Source of the DNA: Lama glama | Lineage: Eukaryota | Assembly (NCBI GenBank): GCA_028534125.1 | Contig: CM052816.1 | Location: forward strand, 26,848,001-26,912,000 | Length of the DNA: 64,000 nucleotides | Reading direction: 5' to 3' | Part shown: one piece after another, positions 51,835 through 63,932 of the stretch | Position numbering within the stretch: the stretch's first letter is position 1 | How the letters are laid out: each line of letters opens with the position of its first letter | Position numbers and translations under genes: made by a program | Notes under the pieces: model-generated | Seen by the model: the letters and a program-made list of their open reading frames with translations, nothing else | Database searches by the model: none | What the model was told of the DNA's origin: nothing

Positions 51835-52735
51835 AGAAGGAAAGATGGAGTTAGAAAATCTCCATTCTGGCAACATCACAGTAAAAACTTATTCAGGCAA
51901 GAATCATCAATGGATGCTGAATCAGGGAGGAACCATTTGATGAGGAAGAGAACATTTATATAACCTTAAAATGTGTTTCCAAATGTCATTTACTAATTAC
52001 AAAAGGAAAAATAGTAAATATACAACAGTGAAAACCAACAAAACTGAACCAAGGGGTCAAAATTAGCATCACCAATTAGGGGCAAGCAAATACCATGTGC
52101 CTCTGGATGTGATACCTTAACAAGGACACAGTAACACTAATGGAGATGTCCAGCCCCAAATCTAGGACCTGAGTCTACCCATCAGGAGCCAGCAGACAAA
52201 GCTAAATTGAAGGGTGTCTATCCTGACCTGTCTTTTACAAAAATGACAATGCCATGGAAGACAAAGAAAGACTGAGAGACAGTTCCAGATTAAAAGGGGC
52301 TAAAAAGACATGACAACTAAACATAATTGCTTACCCGGATTCTGCACCAGGAGGGGAGAAAAAATGCTCTAAAGAAAAAATGCTCTAATGGGACAATGGA
52401 CAAACTTGGGATATAGACTACAAAATAATACCGGGTCAATGTTAAATTTCCTGATGTGACAATTTCACTGTGGTTACGTTCAGAGAATATTCTTACCTTA
52501 GGACACATACATTGAAATAATGAGGGGTAAAGAGGTATAATGTACACAGCCTACATGCAAATGGTTCAGAAAAAAAATACATATATAAAGAGAGGTGACA
52601 GGGAAGACAACAATAAAGCAAAAGTGGCAAAATGTTAAAAATTGATGAATCTGGTTACAAATAATAGAGAATTCTTTGCATCGTTCTTCCAATTTTTTGT
52701 ACATTTGAAATTATTTCAAAATAAAGTTTAAAATA
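51835..52735 (+). mobile_element. Old L1MC-type 3'UTR remnant
   Basis: attcaggcaagaatcatcaatggatgct, ttccagattaaaaggggctaaaaagacatgacaactaa, aatgttaaatttcctga, tttgaaattatttcaaaataaa. Confidence 0.7.
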
Positions 52736-53063
52736 CACTCCCTCTAGTCCCATTACATCTACAGCCTGCCCTCTCTCTGTTTAATAAGATAATCTGATAT
52801 TGAGTAACAGGTGTCAAGGAGTGGGGCAGCTGTATGGTTACCAAGAGTGAAGAGAATCTCTGATGAGGGGTCTGTGTTCAATCTCACACTATTCTGTCAG
52901 AACCTTTCTCTTAATCCTCACCTGACATATTTGACAGTCCCTATTGCATATTCTGCATTATTAAAGTTTAAAGTGAGTCAATTGTAGTTGGGGCTATAAT
53001 GATTGAGTACAGACTTTATTGAGAGAAATGCCATATGTTTTGTCAGATAAAGAAACAATTAAG

Positions 53064-53918
53064 TGCTCGATATCATTAATTATCAGAGAAATGAAAATCA
53101 AAACTACAATGAGGTATCACCTCACTCCAGTCAGAATGGCCATCATTAAAAAGTCCACAAACGATAAATGCTGGAGAGGTTGTAGAAAAAAAGGAAACCC
53201 CCCTACACTGTTGGTGGGAATGTAGTTTGGTGTAGCCATTATGTAAAACAGTATGGAGATTACTCAAAAGACTAAAAATAAACTTATCATATAATCTAGC
53301 AATCCCACTCCTGGGCATATATCCAAAGAAAACTCTAACTCATAAGGGTACATTCACCCCAATGTTCATAGCAGCATTATTTACAATAGCCAAGACACAG
53401 AAACAACCTAAATGTCCACTGACAGATGACTGGATAAAGAAGCTGTGGTATATTTACAGAATGGAATACTACTCTGCCATAAAAAAGAATACAGTAATGT
53501 CATTTGTATCCACATGGATGGACTTGGAGATCATGATACTAAGTGAAATAAGCCAGAAAGATAAAGAGAAATACTGTATGATAACATTTATATGTGGAAT
53601 CTGAAAGAATGACACAAAACAGAGACAAACTCACAGACACAGAAAACAAATTTATGGTTACTAGGGGGAAAAGGGGTAGGGAGGGATAAATTGGGAGTTT
53701 GAGGTTTGCAGATACTATTATATATAAAATAAACAGTAAGTTTCTTCTATACAGCATAGGGAACTATATTCCCTATATTACAGTAATCTATAATGAAAAA
53801 GAATATGAAAAGGAATATATGTATGTATCTATATGACTGAAACATTATGCTGTACACCAGAAATTAACACAACACTGTAAAGTGACTATACTTCAACAAA
53901 ACCAAACCAAACCAAAAG
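53064..53918 (+). mobile_element. 5'-truncated L1
   Basis: ORF2p end [26 protein letters not shown]...MFIAALFTIAKT; degenerate TSD AGAAACAATTAAG (53051-53063) / AGAAATGATTGAG (53919-53931). Confidence 0.93.
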
Positions 53919-55719
53919 AGAAATGATTGAGGGTAATTCAGTGCAACAATAATAAGTAGAGAGAAGATCCGTAATTCCTATCAGATCAACTTATTCCTAC
54001 AGGGACCCAAGGAAAAGTTAGAAAATGTGTTTCACATCTGAGACTTCCAAATTCTAATTTCATAAGTTAACATGGACAGTTATATATTCAACTGAATAAA
54101 TCAAACAGTGTTATTAACACTCTGACACTAAATCTGCCTCTTCTACACAACCAATGAGATCACCACTAAAAATATTTATCAATCTATCCAAGCAAAGTTC
54201 TAATGTAAGAATCAATGATGTGACAATCTGGGGTAATACATTTCTGACAGTTCTGAAAGCTTACTGGATTTCATTAACTCTTTAACATAATACACAAACA
54301 TTAACAGAACTTTGGAGAGTTATAGCAGAAGCCAACCATCACTGAAGCAATCGATTTATCAAGTTAGTTTAAAATTTGAAAAGAAAAAATATAACATTCA
54401 GGAAGATACGCCATTTGTTCATTTTAAGACACACTGAGAGATTTAACTAGATACTAACCATATATGAACAAATACAGAATCATGCTAGCACATGAATAAG
54501 ACTGCTTAACAAGATAGGAAATCAAATATACAGAAATACAACTTAGAGAACTGTTTCACCTTTGGCAGGAAGGTCATCTGGAATTGTGACTTGGAGTAAG
54601 TGATTCTCAACCTTTCTTGGGGTCCCAGATGTGAAAATCTGCAGACCTCCCTGGAAACACACATATACATAACATGCAAGATTTTGCCTGCAGTTTCAAG
54701 ATGAGGAAATTGTGTTGAGGGACAGTTACCTCCTACACTCTGAAACACAGATGAACTAGTAACAGACACTGTACAAAACTTGGTAGCCCACTGATTCCTC
54801 CTCGAGTCTCTACACCCCCTTGCTCCGCATTCCACCTCCCCTTCTCTGCAACCCTGTCTTCTGTGCTGCTCCATCCATTCCTACACCTCCATCCCTCTGC
54901 CTCTGTGTCCGGCCTTCCCAACTACCCCTGACTCCCACTTCTCCCTTATGTCCTCCCACCCTCACTACCCTAACTGGTTCAGACAGGGAAGTAAATTATA
55001 CTTTTCAGTGTCTTAACTACAGTTTTATATTATTATTCATAACTTTAAAAGCCAGTGAGCTGAAAGTTCTACATTTACAGACAGAGATTGAGAGATTGTA
55101 AAGGGGGGAAAAAAGAGAGATGAAGGAAAGGGAAAACAGTGTTTCTTTAAAAAAAAAGTTGCTTTTTTATCCTGCTGTTAATTTTTGCCTTTGCATTTTT
55201 CCCCCATGGGTCCATACTGACAGCCTGTGATAATCAACAGGTTTCGGGGACACAGAGAGCTATGAACACTCACAGGGGGACCAGAACACAAAGCCAGGGC
55301 CAGGCGGCCAGGTGCCCAGGGGCAGGATCTAGAACAGGACCCAGCAGATGCTGAGAGGGTACCGAGCCCCATCTCCAGGAGTCAGTGGGTGTGTATCATA
55401 CACCTCTCCAGGGAGCCAGCACTGTCCAGGGCTCTGTCATACACTTTAAATCCTGACAGAAGGACACTGTGGGTCAAAGGCTAACAGACAGGTGATTATG
55501 TAAGGAGGGAGACCAAACTCAGCCACACTCAGCTAGTTTATCAACAAAATTCATAATCCTTGCATTGTGGAAATTACCTGCAGGTGAATTATTTCACAAT
55601 TAGACAAATCTTCATGCTCTTAAGGCAAAGTACATGGAGGCACCACTATTCCTCTTTCATTTATCGTATGTTTTCTCCATGTTAGACATCGTATAAATAG
55701 ACAGGTACAGGTGGAGATA

Positions 55720-55900
55720 TTTTTATCTTCATGTATACATAATTTAATTTCATCCTCAAACTAACCAGATGATGCAGTTCTATAGTCCCCACTCCACAGA
55801 TGAGAAACCTGGAGCTTAGCAAAAAATGCTCAAAGTCAAACAACTAAGTCAGAAAGACGGCATCTGAACACAGCTCTCCCTGACTGGGATGTCTGTGCTC
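55720..55900 (-). mobile_element. MIR SINE
   Basis: tttcatcctcaaactaacc...tccccactccacagatgagaaacctggagcttag. Confidence 0.6.
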
Positions 55901-55905
55901 TAAGT

Positions 55906-56075
55906 CAGAGGTTCTCAGCTTCCAAGCCATCCTATGCATGTGCATCCCTGGGGATCTCACGAGAATATGAAGATTCCCGTAGGTCTGGGGTGGGGCTTGA
56001 GAGTCTGCATTTCTAACAAATTCCCATCACTGCTGCTGATCCAAAGACCACATGCTGAGCAGCACGCGGCTAAAT
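55906..56075. mobile_element. MER5A hAT-Charlie MITE
   Basis: cagaggttctca...gtaggtctggggtggggcttgagagtctgcatttctaacaaattccca...gaccacatgctgagcagca. Confidence 0.8.
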
Positions 56076-57589
56076 AAACTATATTTACTAGACTGATTTC
56101 ATACTTATAGCTGTGACTTCTACAAGTTGAGATTGCTGCCAGCAATATACCCCTAAAGAGTTAATTACTTTAAGGATAATAACAAGTAATACATTTTACA
56201 GCTATTAAGCCATGCAGGGAATTTTTTCTTTTTTAATTCAGAAAACACAAGTTTGTAACCAATTTTTTTTCAATGAAATGAAATGCGAGTCCAATTTTTC
56301 CACATGCACTCCTGTTGTTTTCAGCCAGCAGAGTCTCTTCAGTGTCCTCTGCCCAAACCAGATGCATCCTGTGTTTCTACAAGGAAGCCATCAGAATCTA
56401 TTAAAATTACTGTACACTGATAGCAGCAGGGACATGACAAATCGCAGGCCAAGAGTCAGATACCACAGAATGTATTTCAGGGCTTTGGGGGCAGGCCCAT
56501 TTGCAACCAAATGATATTGTGTGAGGCTGGCATGCTCAGTGCATGACAAACTGATGCAATTTCAGCGCTGTCGGCAGGCCAGGGGAGATTTCTCTGATGC
56601 TGGTTGTGGTTAGTTTACAGAATTGTGCACAGTTCCCAGATTTGAATCACTTGGGGCTTGAAAGGGCTCCACTTGACAAGCTACAAATAATTACACTCTA
56701 CTCTTTCCATTGTGCTCTATTATTCTGCCCCCCTTATCTCCAGGATTTGAGCTTTTGTGAACAAGCAAGGTCGGCTTCAATTTTGACCACAACACAACAA
56801 AACATTGTTCTTTTCTGATATGATAAATAAAAGGAGGCCCTGCAGACTAAACATTTTTATCAGGCTCATTTTCCACTTTTACAGGCAAAAGTCAACTTTG
56901 GGCTCACTTAGAAAAGTTGAGCGGGACAAAGCAGGCAGGCAGGTTCCAGCATTCTCACTTAAGGATATGATCCTGCTTTCTGGTTATTGTAAAAACTCAT
57001 TTGAAAAATGGGATATTGACTGACAGAGAAAAGGCACATAGACAGTAGTTTTTTACAAGGTTTCTACCTCCCTTGTTCCCTGACCTCTAGTCTCCAGGGC
57101 TGTCCTAACAGCTCTTCATTCAGGTATTCATAAAGAAAAGTTTTTCCAGCTTGGGAGGCAATTAGAATCAAGTTGCCTAATGTCAGTGGCACCCCTCTCA
57201 GAAACACCAGAGATTCCAAATTCAAGTTTGCTATTCCATGTGTGAAAGATTATAAAGAGCATATTGGCCACCCTCAGGCAGCTCCTAAGAGTAATATACT
57301 GACTGTGGCTCCGTATTTTAATTTAGTAAATGTGAAACTTTATGTTTTCATATTTTTCCAAAGAAAAACACAAGATTGAGGGGGCAGGTTTTTGGTTTAA
57401 AATCCAACCTTAAGGAACATCTCATAAATTCTAGCCCCTAGAAAAGTTAAAAAAAAATTTATAACAATGATTAATGTGGACTCAAATAAAGTAATTTAAA
57501 CATCCCCTTTTAAAATTTATTTGTTAAGCCTCAAGTATAGGTCAGTCCTCAATGCTTAATTTCAACAACAATTTTATGACATAAGTATA

Positions 57590-57740
57590 GAATTTCATAT
57601 AGAAAAATTTGTTATTACTGTCCCCATTTTAGAGATCAGGAAACTGAGGTATGGAAAAGTAATGTGCTCAGTGACTCACAGCTACTAAGTGGCAGAGCCG
57701 AGAACTGAACCCAAAGAGTGACTTGAGCCCCCTTCCATAC
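57590..57740 (-). mobile_element. MIR SINE
   Basis: tattactgtccccattttagagatcaggaaactgagg...cacagctactaagtggcagagccgagaactgaaccca. Confidence 0.75.
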
Positions 57741-58249
57741 TGCTTCCTAGTTCCACCACCCCATTTACTTAAGGCCCGGTCAACCACAAGCACAACATAG
57801 CTCATCTGAGCTGAAACCAGGAGCCAGGAGAGTATTCAGGTTGCCAGCAGAGACAAACAATAGTGAGATTAAATTCTCAGCAGTAGCTAAAGGAAATAAA
57901 ATAAAATTTCATCTCCCCAAAGTGGGTATCTTTATTCCTGCCTCAGGACATGTTTTGCTGTAAACTGGACCCCTCCTATTCTCTAAATCTGCCTTGTCTA
58001 ATACGGTAGCACTCACCACAAACTGCTGTTGGGTACTTGAAATGTGGCTAGTCTGAATGGGGGTGTCCTGTACACGTGAAACACATCAGATTTAAAGAAA
58101 TGCTACCAAAAATACAGTATATCTCATTAATAATTTTTATATTGATGACATGTTAAATAATATTTTGAACTTATTGGGCTAAATAAAATCTATTACTACA
58201 ATTCATTATACCTGTTGTCTTTTTACTTTTTAAAATATGGTTACTAGAA

Positions 58250-58603
58250 GAGAAAGACAAATACTGTATGATATTATTCACATATGGAATCTAAAAAATA
58301 AAATGAACTAGTGAATATAACAAAAAAAGAAACAGACTCACAGATAAAGAGAATAAACTAGTGGTTACCAGTGGGGACAGGGAAGTGAGGAGGGGCAAGA
58401 TAGAGGTAGGGGATTAAGAAGTAAACACTATTATGTATAAAATAAATAAGCTACAAGGATATATTGTATAGCACACGGAATATAGCCAATATTTTATAAT
58501 AAGTATAAATGGAGTGTAATCTCTAAAAATTGTGAATCACTATGTTGTACACCTGACACTTACTTAATGTTGCACATCAATTATACTTCAATTTTTTAAA
58601 AAA
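58250..58603 (+). mobile_element. L1 3'UTR fragment (younger type)
   Basis: gagaaagacaaatactgtatgata...aaactagtggttaccagtggg...tgtgaatcactatgttgtacacctga. Confidence 0.85.
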
Positions 58604-58880
58604 GGATAAATAAGTACTAGGGATGTAATGTACAACAGGATAAATATACTTAACACTATTATGTTATATATGATGGTTGTTTAGATAGTAAATACTTTTT
58701 TTTTTTTTTCCATTTCTTCACTTCTGTATCTATGTGAGATGATGGATGGTCACTAAACTTACTGGGATAATCCTTTCATGATGTAAGTTAAATCATTATG
58801 CTACAGACCTTAAATTTATCCAGTGCTACATGTCAATATATCTCAATAAAACTGGAAGAAGATAATGCATAAATTAATAA
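58604..58880 (+). mobile_element. Older L1MA9-like 3'UTR end
   Basis: ataaataagtactagggatgtaatgtacaac...gatgatggatg...aaatcattatgct...tatctcaataaaactggaa. Confidence 0.65.
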
Positions 58881-59168
58881 AATAAAGCTGCTAGAAAATT
58901 TTAAATCCCTATGTGACTTGCATTATACTTCTATTAGACAATGTGTTTAAACTCATCCCTTAACCCCAAACTTTGTATAGTTGAATCATCAGCACAAATC
59001 TGTCCCCTGACAGGAAGAGCAACTCTGAGAACAGCAGTCTGCCTCCCAGGAAGCCTCCTTCCCACTTACATGTCCTCTCCTCTCAGAATCTGCAGCCTCT
59101 CACACCACTGCCTCCCCCGCCTTGACCTTGAAATACTGTTAGCATTCTGATTTAGAAAGAGCCTTTAC

Positions 59169-59395
59169 ATATGTAGAATATATAAACAAGATTATACTGT
59201 AGGGCACAGGGAAATATATACAAGATCTTGTGGTAGCTCACAGAGAAAAAAAATGTAACAATGAATATACGTATGTTCATGTATAACTGAAAAATTGTGC
59301 TCTACATTGGAATTTGACTCAACATTGTAAAATGACTATAACTCAATAAAAAAAAGTTAAAAAAAAATAAAATCAATTTACTCAGAAAAAAAAAA
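59169..59395 (+). mobile_element. Short L1 3'UTR insertion with 15-bp TSD and double A-tail
   Basis: Same 3'UTR type as 25460-25650; TSD AGAAAGAGCCTTTAC (59154-59168) / AGAAAGGGCCTTTAC (59396-59410). Confidence 0.92.
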
Positions 59396-60369
59396 AGAAA
59401 GGGCCTTTACCTGACCCTGTTTTCCTTCTGGCTATGATTTCTCGCCCTCCTTTCACTGTCAAAGTACCTGAAAGGATCCACACTCTGCTTTCCTCACTCT
59501 CTTTCCAGCTCCCCTAGTTCACTGCAGTCTGAATTCTATTCCCGCACTGAAACTGCTCCTTGAAGGTTCCGCATCCTAACCTCGTCCTCCTGACCTCTGC
59601 CCTCTCTGGAGCAGCTGCTGGGCCTCCTAAACAAAAAATAGGCCTCACCCCACCATGGGCTTCATCTGGACTGCACACCAACCAGGCACTTGGAAGAGAA
59701 GGAAAGCTATGTATGTATCAGTTCTGTGAACAAAAAAGGATGCAGCACCAAACTCCCCATCCCATTCTCCCACGGCTGGTCCCAAGCAGGACATTCTTTC
59801 GCTACCCAGGGGTTTTTAGGCTCATGTCAGATGTGGCTCAGGGCAGCTCTGCTGTTCCAGAGTCCCACCTGGCCGGCCATGACTCTGTTGTGTGGGCCAC
59901 TCCTCCTGTCTTTCCTGTCGAGAAAAAGCCAGAATCATGAGTCTCAGCATCATTGGAACAGAGTGGACACAGGTGGCAGCAACTTCAGAGTGTGGCCTGA
60001 GGGCTCCCAGAGGAGTCATCATTCATTGTCTACAGGCTTGGAGACATGGTCAAAGGAGTAAGAAGCAAACTCTTAAGAAAAGGTGAAAATCTCGTCATTG
60101 GTGTGAAACTAGAAATGGTTCAGAAAGGAGAAACACAAGCTAACTTAACCTATGTCGGGTAGGGGAGTGGGCCAGGCTCCCTGAAGGCAGAGCACAGAGA
60201 TTTGGAGGCAGAAGCAGCGGGCTCCTGCAGCACCTGAGGGAAGGATAGAAGTTCGGACATGCAGGGCAAAGAGTGCCAAGTAGAGGGCTCAGAGACCTAG
60301 GGCACTACATTTTGTTTGTTTATCTTTTTTTTTTTGCTACCAGTTCTAGACAGTTCCTAAAGCTCACTG

Positions 60370-61310
60370 CTCTGGAATCTCTCACGTCCACCCTGTGGCA
60401 CTGTCCCAGTCCAGACCTTCATCTTGGTCATTTCCGCCTCCCCCTCTCCTAGCCTGGGACACAGCAATGGTCCCATACCTGACTCCAATCAATCCCCTTT
60501 GGAAACATTCTGTACACTAAGGTAAGTTTAATCAACAGGATGTCTTCATTTTCATGTCACTTTACTGTTCAAAAATATGTGTGCAGCCCTGCTTATTTCT
60601 GCATCAAGTTATCAGATTTCAAAGTTTCCAATCTCATCCTTACCTGACACGGGTGATGGGCATTTTCCCCTCTCCAGCCCCCACCCCTCCCAAAGCAACT
60701 CAGACATTCCATCAACTAGATTGTGCCCTCCTCTCCCCACTCCTCATCAAAAGGAGAATGAACTCTGATACCTCAACACTGGTGGCTGCCCATGCTCCAG
60801 GAGAAACAGAACAAAGGGTCTTCCCCAGGGACCTCTGTCATCTGGCTCTGCCCCATGTACCCCAAATACCTCCATCTTCCACCCACCACTACCTCCTGCA
60901 CACTGGACACTGCTCTGTTCCCATCCCTTGGTATACAATGTTCATTCACATCTTTTTACCTTTTTGCCAGGGTGGGTGTATTCCTTCACAAAAGCCTTAT
61001 CTTTAACCTTTCCACCTGCTCATCTAGATCCTACTTACGCTTCAAAATGCAGCTTAAGAACAACTTCTTGCAGGAAGTCTTCCAGGTACTTTACTCCTCA
61101 CTGATCTCATTCTCAAAATCTCCAGTCAATACAATCTGCTATTTTGCTACCTATTTCCATAAAACATTCGTTACTGATCCATGAGTGCTGTGTCACTGGG
61201 TGTAGAACAAAACTGCAAACTCCTTGAGGGTTAGAATCACCTTAACATTGTCAACAGCCTATAGTTGGCACCAAGCACACACTCAAAGACTTGATTTACT
61301 AAGTGACACT
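60370..61310 (+). mobile_element. L2 LINE remnants including the 3' end
   Basis: ccagtccagaccttcatc..., catgtcactttactgttcaaaa, tcctacttacgcttcaaaatgcagctt, actgcaaactccttgagggttaga. Confidence 0.55.
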
Positions 61311-61709
61311 GATTAATTATGTTGCTTTATAATAGATAAATGTTTTGTTTCCTTGTATGCTGAGACTAAGAGCACAAGAGGTTAAATGGCACGGAGCTTT
61401 AATATTCTCCAACTGTCTTTCATGGAACTATCCCTGAAAATGAACTATCTTACAGATATATTACTTAAGCATTTGACCAGTTCAAAATATGTCAAGGGGC
61501 TTTCAAAGACTAATATTTCTTCATTTTTATAAACTGACACTATTATAAATGGCCAATGAAAATGAATATAACTCTAACATAAAGCAAATGTTGCTTTTAA
61601 AAAGAAACTCCAAATTAAAAAGACTGGAAAATATATACTTTCAAAATGGCAACACTATGGCCATTTTAAGAATCAAGGGCTTACACATATTTATTTAAGA
61701 ACAGTTTGA

Positions 61710-62623
61710 AGATGGCCAGTAGGCACATGACAAGGCGCTCAACTTCACTAATTATTAGAGAAACAGAAATCAAAACTACAGTGAGGTACCACCTCACACC
61801 AGTCAGAATGGCCATCATCAAAAAGACTACAGATAATAAATGCTGGAGAGGGTGTGGAGAAAAAGGAACCCTCCTACACTGTTGGTGGGAATATAATTTG
61901 GTGCAGCCAGTATGGAGAACAGTATGGAGTTTTCTTAAAAGACTAAAAATATAGTTACCATATGTTCCAGCAATCCCACTCCTGGGCATGTATCTGGAGG
62001 GAACTCTAATTCGAAAAGATACATGCACCCCAATGTGCACAGAAGTACTATTTACAATAGTCAAGACATGGAAACAACCTAAATGTCCATCAACAGATGA
62101 CTGGATAAAGAAGCTGTGGCATATTTATACAATGGAATACTACTCAGCCATAAAAAAACAATAAAACAATGCCATTTGCAGCAACATGAATGAACCTAGA
62201 GATGATCTTACTAAATGAAGTAAGTCAGACAGAGAAAGACAAGTGTCATATGATATCACTTATATGTGGAATCTAAAAAATGACACAAATGAACTTATTT
62301 ACAAAACAGAGACAGACTCACAGACATAGAAAACAAACTTATGGTTACCAAAGGGGAAAGGAGTGGGGGAGGGATAAATTGGGAATTTGGGACTAACAGA
62401 TACACACTACTATATATAAAATAGATAAACAATGAAGTCCTACTGTATAGCATGGGGAACTACATTCAATATCTTATAATAACCTATAAGAGAAAAGAAT
62501 ATGAAAAGGAATATATATGTATACATATATACTCAGTGTGTGTGTGTGTGTGTGTGTGTATCACTATGCTGTATACCAGAAACTAATACAAAATTGTAAA
62601 TCGACTATACCTTTAAAAAAAAA
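61710..62623 (+). mobile_element. 5'-truncated L1 with (GT)12 at 62536-62559 in its 3'UTR
   Basis: ORF2p end [39 protein letters not shown]...[17 protein letters not shown], followed by the 3'UTR and an A-tail. Confidence 0.95.
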
Positions 62624-62764
62624 CCCTTCATTTTTATAGGGAAAAAGTACATAGTTCTTATGGATTGCCCATGCAAATATGCACTTCTAAAGAAGTCTTT
62701 TAGTATTTTGCTGTCATGTGCTTGAGGCTTATGCAGTTTAGGGGGAGTGCAGCAGGGCCCAAAG

Positions 62765-62940
62765 TGTCTGGGCTTGAAGGTAAGCCAGACCTGGGTTCTC
62801 ACCTGAACAGACTTCTTCATGCCTCAGTCTCCTCATTTGTAAAGTTGGGAGAGAGTTATGAGGATAAAAACGTAACTGAGAGAATAAGTGAAAAGCCCAT
62901 AGTATAGTGCTGGACATATAACAGAAAAATAGTTGCTGTT
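62765..62940 (+). mobile_element. MIR SINE
   Basis: gccagacctgggttc...gcctcagtctcctcatttgtaaagttggg...atagtgctggacatata. Confidence 0.65.
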
Positions 62941-63446
62941 ACCATCCTGGATCCAAAAAACAGGAGAAGAATGACAGATACTCTTTATTGCAGCAACACA
63001 CGAGAGGCACTCATTTTACCTTTTCTCATTTCATCTCTATCTGTGACCTGGACACCCCTCATCTCCTGTTTGGTGCCACCTGCCCAGGGGTCTCTCGGAG
63101 TTTGTGCTGCATAGGAGGAAGCTGCTTAGCCTGCCAGGTCGATTTCATGTAGTAAGCTCTCTGTCTTGTAACGAAGCCTGCCAGGATTCTGGTGCTGGGA
63201 GAGGTGCTGTGCAGAGTTATCCTAGACTGGACCACAGTGCCAGCAGACCCAGTGACTAGGATTCTCCCTGAATCAGTTCAATCCCAAGGGTTCTGGCCTC
63301 ACAGCTGCCCGAGTGGTCCTGGTGGAGGTGTCATGCTAGTACCTTAAGTGATGTTCCTAGGATTTGGAAGTCAGATTTGAAAGATGGACACAGTTCATTG
63401 GGGATTAATTTAGGCAACCAAAGAGAGCTTTCCAGTATCACCATTA

Positions 63447-63539
63447 AAACAGAAACTCAGTACAAAGAACAGTCCATGAGAGAGAAAACAGAAACTCAAA
63501 CAGAAACTCAGTACAAAGAACAGTCCATGGGAGAGAAAA
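63447..63539. repeat. Complex tandem duplication (42-bp unit twice, 1 mismatch, with a 9-bp spacer that completes a third copy of a 12-bp subunit)
   Basis: AAACAGAAACTCAGTACAAAGAACAGTCCATG(A/G)GAGAGAAAA at 63447-63488 and 63498-63539. Confidence 0.9.
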
Positions 63540-63696
63540 TTTTGGTAATTGGAGGAAATGTTTCATAAGCTTAAATGTCTAGTAATCTGCAGAGTTAAAA
63601 TACAGGAAGCATTTTCATACTGAAAATGGATACAGAAACAAAAGTGCCAGGAAACGGTTTATTAAATAATAATGGTGAAAAATGATTTAAAATCTT

Positions 63697-63932
63697 AGTT
63701 TTGATTCGCACTTCTCTGATAAGTAGTGATATTAAGTATCTTTTCATGTGCCTACTGGCCATCTGTCTGTCTTCAATGGAGAAATGTCTATTTAGGTCTA
63801 AGGGCTATTCTTGATTCTTCCTTCCTCCTGAGCTCCAGTCATCTGTCGATGGACATTTAGATTGCTTCCATGTCCTGGCTACTGTAAATGGTGCTGCTAT
63901 GAACACTGGGGTGCATGTATCTTCCAAATTAG
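63697..63932 (-). mobile_element. Two short L1 ORF2 fragments, minus strand
   Basis: 63799-63697 translates [33 protein letters not shown]; 63932-63835 contains [29 protein letters not shown]. Confidence 0.85.

Larger units (their letters stand above)
57989..58945 (-). mobile_element. MER33 hAT-Charlie element split by L1 sequence (arms ~57989-58249 and ~58885-58945)
   Basis: tgtctaatacggtagc...acttgaaatgtggctagtctgaat...tatctcattaataatttttatattga; resumes with ctagaaaattttaaat...tgcattatacttctattagaca. Confidence 0.75.

Noticed and set aside
56552..56560. Perfect C/EBP-ATF element TGATGCAAT
   Set aside because: A single 9-mer is expected by chance in a window of this size, and there is no supporting context.
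60554..61184. Overlapping 150- and 130-aa ORFs
   Set aside because: Within degenerate L2 sequence, with no recognisable protein similarity.
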